Origin: a virus | Lineage: Duplodnaviria > Heunggongvirae > Uroviricota > Caudoviricetes | IMG/VR virus record: IMGVR_UViG_2671180511_000005 | Length of the DNA: 8,937 nt | Strand: one strand, 5' to 3' | Shown here: piece by piece, positions 6,628 through 8,937 of the stretch | Position numbering within the stretch: the first letter of the stretch is position 1 | Layout: the number at the start of each line of letters is the position of its first letter | The notes under the pieces: model-generated | Database searches by the model: none | What the model was told of the DNA's origin: nothing | Seen by the model: only the letters and a program-made list of their open reading frames with translations | Translations under genes and position numbers: made by a program

Positions 6628-8601
6628 TCACTCCTCCGGACAGCTTCGCTGCCAGTTCTTCAAGGGTCGGTTGTGCAGTTGCATCCTTGCGGGATGCAAC
6701 TGCACAGCCAGATCAAGNNNNNNNNNNNNNNNNNNNNNNNNNNNNNNNNNNNNNNNNNNNNNNNNNNNNNNNNNNNNNNNNNNNNNNNNNNNNNNNNNNN
6801 NNNNNNNNNNNNNNNGGCATACACCAGGCAGTCCAGCGCTTCGTTACGCCGCTTTTTGTTATCCCACAACAGACGCATCTTTCCTTTTTCCCACTTTTCC
6901 ACCAGTTCCTCCGCCACCAGTTGTTGTGCCTCTGTCTGCGAAAAAATCTCCGGATTATCAGGAAAGCGGATGGCATACGATGTGGCCTCATTCACAGGGG
7001 TGGGATCGGCCTTCATTCGGGCATAGAGAATTTCTTTTGCGGTATCCGTCCCCACCTCACACAGATACACACCCCGCTGATTGCGGGTTTTCGGCATGGT
7101 GATCACCGGCTTGCCATAGACAGAGGCACCTTTTACCGGCAGTACCCGGAAAATACCGTGTTTTTTTGACCTCTGATACACGATTTCGCCATCGATCCCC
7201 CCGATATCCCAGCAGACACGGGAAATGGTCATTTCGGTACCGTCTGCATGGCGGTATTTTTTATTGATCGCCGCATCCACACGTAACAGCGTCTCTTCCT
7301 CATCAGGACGTCCCATGATGATGATTTTATCCACCAGAAAGGCTTCCTCTCCCGGAGCCCACCCCCAGACATACATCTCAAAACGGTTTCGCTGCGAGTC
7401 AATGCCCGCCGTCAGATAAACCACCCGGACAGGCACCGTTGCCGTGTAAGGCACAACCTTATCCATCAGTACCTGGTGATCGAGTTTTTCGCCCACGGCC
7501 TCTTCCCAGGTCTCGCCCAGCGTGGTGTTCACAAAAGTTTTCACGCCGTTGGGATCTTTCAGTGCATCCAGCCAGTCACAGACTATCTGTACCCTGGTGG
7601 TGAACGGACTGTACGCCGTCCATATATGGAAAGTGATGGAGCGCGGCGGCGGAATTTCATTACCCGAAGCACTGAAAAACGTCAGACCGTCACACGTCCA
7701 CATCCCGGTATTGTCACAAATCCAGCGCCCCCCGGTCTGATCAAGTTCAGACTGACGGATCACGCAGCCATTATGTTCACACAGGTAATACACCGTTTCC
7801 GGTTTACCCTTCTCCCATTTCAGGCCAAACGACGTCGCATCATCGCCAAACTTCAGATACTGCTCCTCCCCGCAATGAGGGCAAGGGACATAAAACCGCA
7901 TGAAATGCGCAGATTCATTCGCAGCTTTTTCAATCTGACAGGAGCCTTTAATTTTTGGCGTTGAACCGCGTATGGATTTTGGCCATACCGAACCTTCAAT
8001 ACGTTTATCGCCAAGCAGTGTTGGCGAACCTTCTTTTTCCACATCCGGTTCAAACGAGGAGAGTTCGTCATAGCAGACCACATCGACAGATTTTTCACGG
8101 TAGTTTTTGGCAGCAGCACCACCCAAACACCAGAACCCCACACCAGAGGAAAAACGCTTCAGTGTGAGCGTATTATCCCGGTGTTTCCGGCCCAGCCAGG
8201 GAGAAAGTTTTTTCAGGCAAGGAACATCACGAATTGTTGCTTCCACGTGAGACTTCATAAAATCTTCAGCAGCTGAGTCCGTCGGCTGAAAAAGAAGAGT
8301 GTTGCGGGATTTGTGCTCAATAAAATACCCGATCACACCAAGCACCATTTTTGTATAACCAACACGGGCAGATTTAATCAGGTTAACTGTACGAATCTCG
8401 TCATTGCCCATGCAGTTCATGATGGCGACCTGAAACTGCAGCGTTTTCCATTCCCCCTCACCGTATGACGATTCTTTAGGCAGGTAATAATTTTGATCGG
8501 CCCATTCTACAGCCGTCACCGGCAATACCCTGACCAGTGGCTGCAGTGCGATAGTGACTGCCACCATCATATTACTCAGTTGTTGTTCTGATATATTCAT
8601 C
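6628..8601 (-). CDS. A: terminase large subunit gpA (lambda A-like), interrupted by an N-gap at 6718-6815
   Basis: The supplied ORF frame (stop at 6660) matches lambda gpA from MNIS... onward: AVEWAD.NYYLPKES, KSARVGY.K, EHK.RNTL, KNYREKSVDV, GSPT.LGDKRIEGSVWPKSIRGSTPK, CPHCGEEQYLKFGD, FHIWTAYSPFT, FVNTTLGETWE, YLTAGIDSQ, WGW.PGEE, SKKHG.FRV.P.KGASVYGKP, GTDTAKE and RRNEALDC.VYA. I place the start at ATG 8599-8601 (MNISEQQ), 19 codons inside the ORF-finder start. After the gap the lambda-like C-terminus (LDLAVQLH...SCPEE-stop) is in a different frame, that of W, ending TGA 6628-6630, so the N-run is not a base-for-base placeholder. Confidence 0.88.
6672..6706. repeat. perfect 15-bp inverted repeat with a 5-nt loop, inside the 3' end of A and 11 bp from the N-gap
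   Basis: tgtgcagttgcatcc (6672-6686), ttgcg loop, ggatgcaactgcaca (6692-6706); the arms are exact reverse complements (checked base by base). Confidence 0.9.
6718..6815. other. assembly gap (98 N) inside the A coding region
   Basis: Run of N directly visible; the reading frame of A differs on the two sides. Confidence 1.
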
Positions 8602-8895
8602 GAGTAAATCCGGTAATTTATCCCCCGCACGCGCGCACTGATTCGCTCCCTTAGCAATAAGGATTTTCAGATGATCAATATGACGCGGCGTTAAATCCGG
8701 GAACTGTCGTTGCATGGACAAAGGAATGGAGTCAAGCGTACTGGATAAAGCCATCGCCAGCTTACTAAGGGCAAAAATACAAAATCCGGTATCGATAAGA
8801 TTTCCTTTTGACACCTGATTTTTTAACTGCTGTGCGACAGCCTGTTCTGCGGTCAGTTCCCATCTGGCAATGAGTAGTTTGAGGTGTACTGGCAA
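8572..8895 (-). CDS. nu1: terminase small subunit gpNu1, C-terminal (gpA-interacting) portion only; N-terminus interrupted or truncated
   Basis: 107-aa ORF: AEQAVAQQLKN, GFCIFALSKLA...S.LD..PLS.QR.FP.L..RH.D.LK and LLDEYI match the C-terminal half of lambda Nu1. Its stop (8572-8574) overlaps the start of A by 30 nt, as in lambda. The only start in frame is TTG at 8893-8895, and an in-frame TAG at 8905-8907 lies just upstream, so the lambda-like N-terminal DNA-binding domain is not encoded in this frame. Confidence 0.6.
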   Translation of the reverse strand: MPVHLKLLIARWELTAEQAVAQQLKNQVSKGNLIDTGFCIFALSKLAMALSSTLDSIPLSMQRQFPDLTPRHIDHLKILIAKGANQCARAGDKLPDLLDEYIRTTTE

Positions 8896-8937
8896 TAGCG
8901 GACACTACCATTTGTTCTTTTTTTAAGCAGCCATCTG

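Noticed and set aside
7476-7964. Plus-strand 162-aa ORF and the neighbouring 7522-7740 and 7955-8167 ORFs
   Set aside because: All are antisense to the terminase large-subunit gene A; no independent support.
1-8937. CRISPR arrays, tRNA, rRNA, IS elements, integrase or attachment sites, toxin-antitoxin or defence cassettes
   Set aside because: I found no short regularly spaced direct repeats, no tRNA-like cloverleaf candidates in the very small intergenic spaces, and no unassigned ORFs. All coding capacity is used by lambda-like structural genes.

Overview
This window is almost entirely the DNA-packaging and head-morphogenesis module of a lambda-like (lambdoid) phage or prophage, probably enterobacterial. 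All genes are on the minus strand in canonical lambda order: nu1 (C-terminal part only) - A - W - B - C/nu3 - D - E - FI - FII - Z - U, with the ribosome-binding site of the next gene (V, major tail) at the left edge. Assignments rest on my recognition of conserved lambda protein segments in the supplied ORF translations; no database search was run. Two N-runs (3376-3548 and 6718-6815) interrupt C/nu3 and A. Points worth a second look: (1) the portal gene B is split by a one-base frameshift in an A6 homopolymer; (2) the scaffold (nu3) region has at least three tandem ~150-bp repeats running into an N-gap; (3) a perfect 15-bp inverted repeat lies inside the 3' end of A beside the other N-gap; (4) nu1 is blocked by an in-frame TAG just before the window ends; (5) a terminator-like hairpin follows the major capsid gene. 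Every stretch of coding capacity is accounted for by a lambda head gene, so I find no inserted cargo, defence or otherwise novel system in this window and cannot support one.
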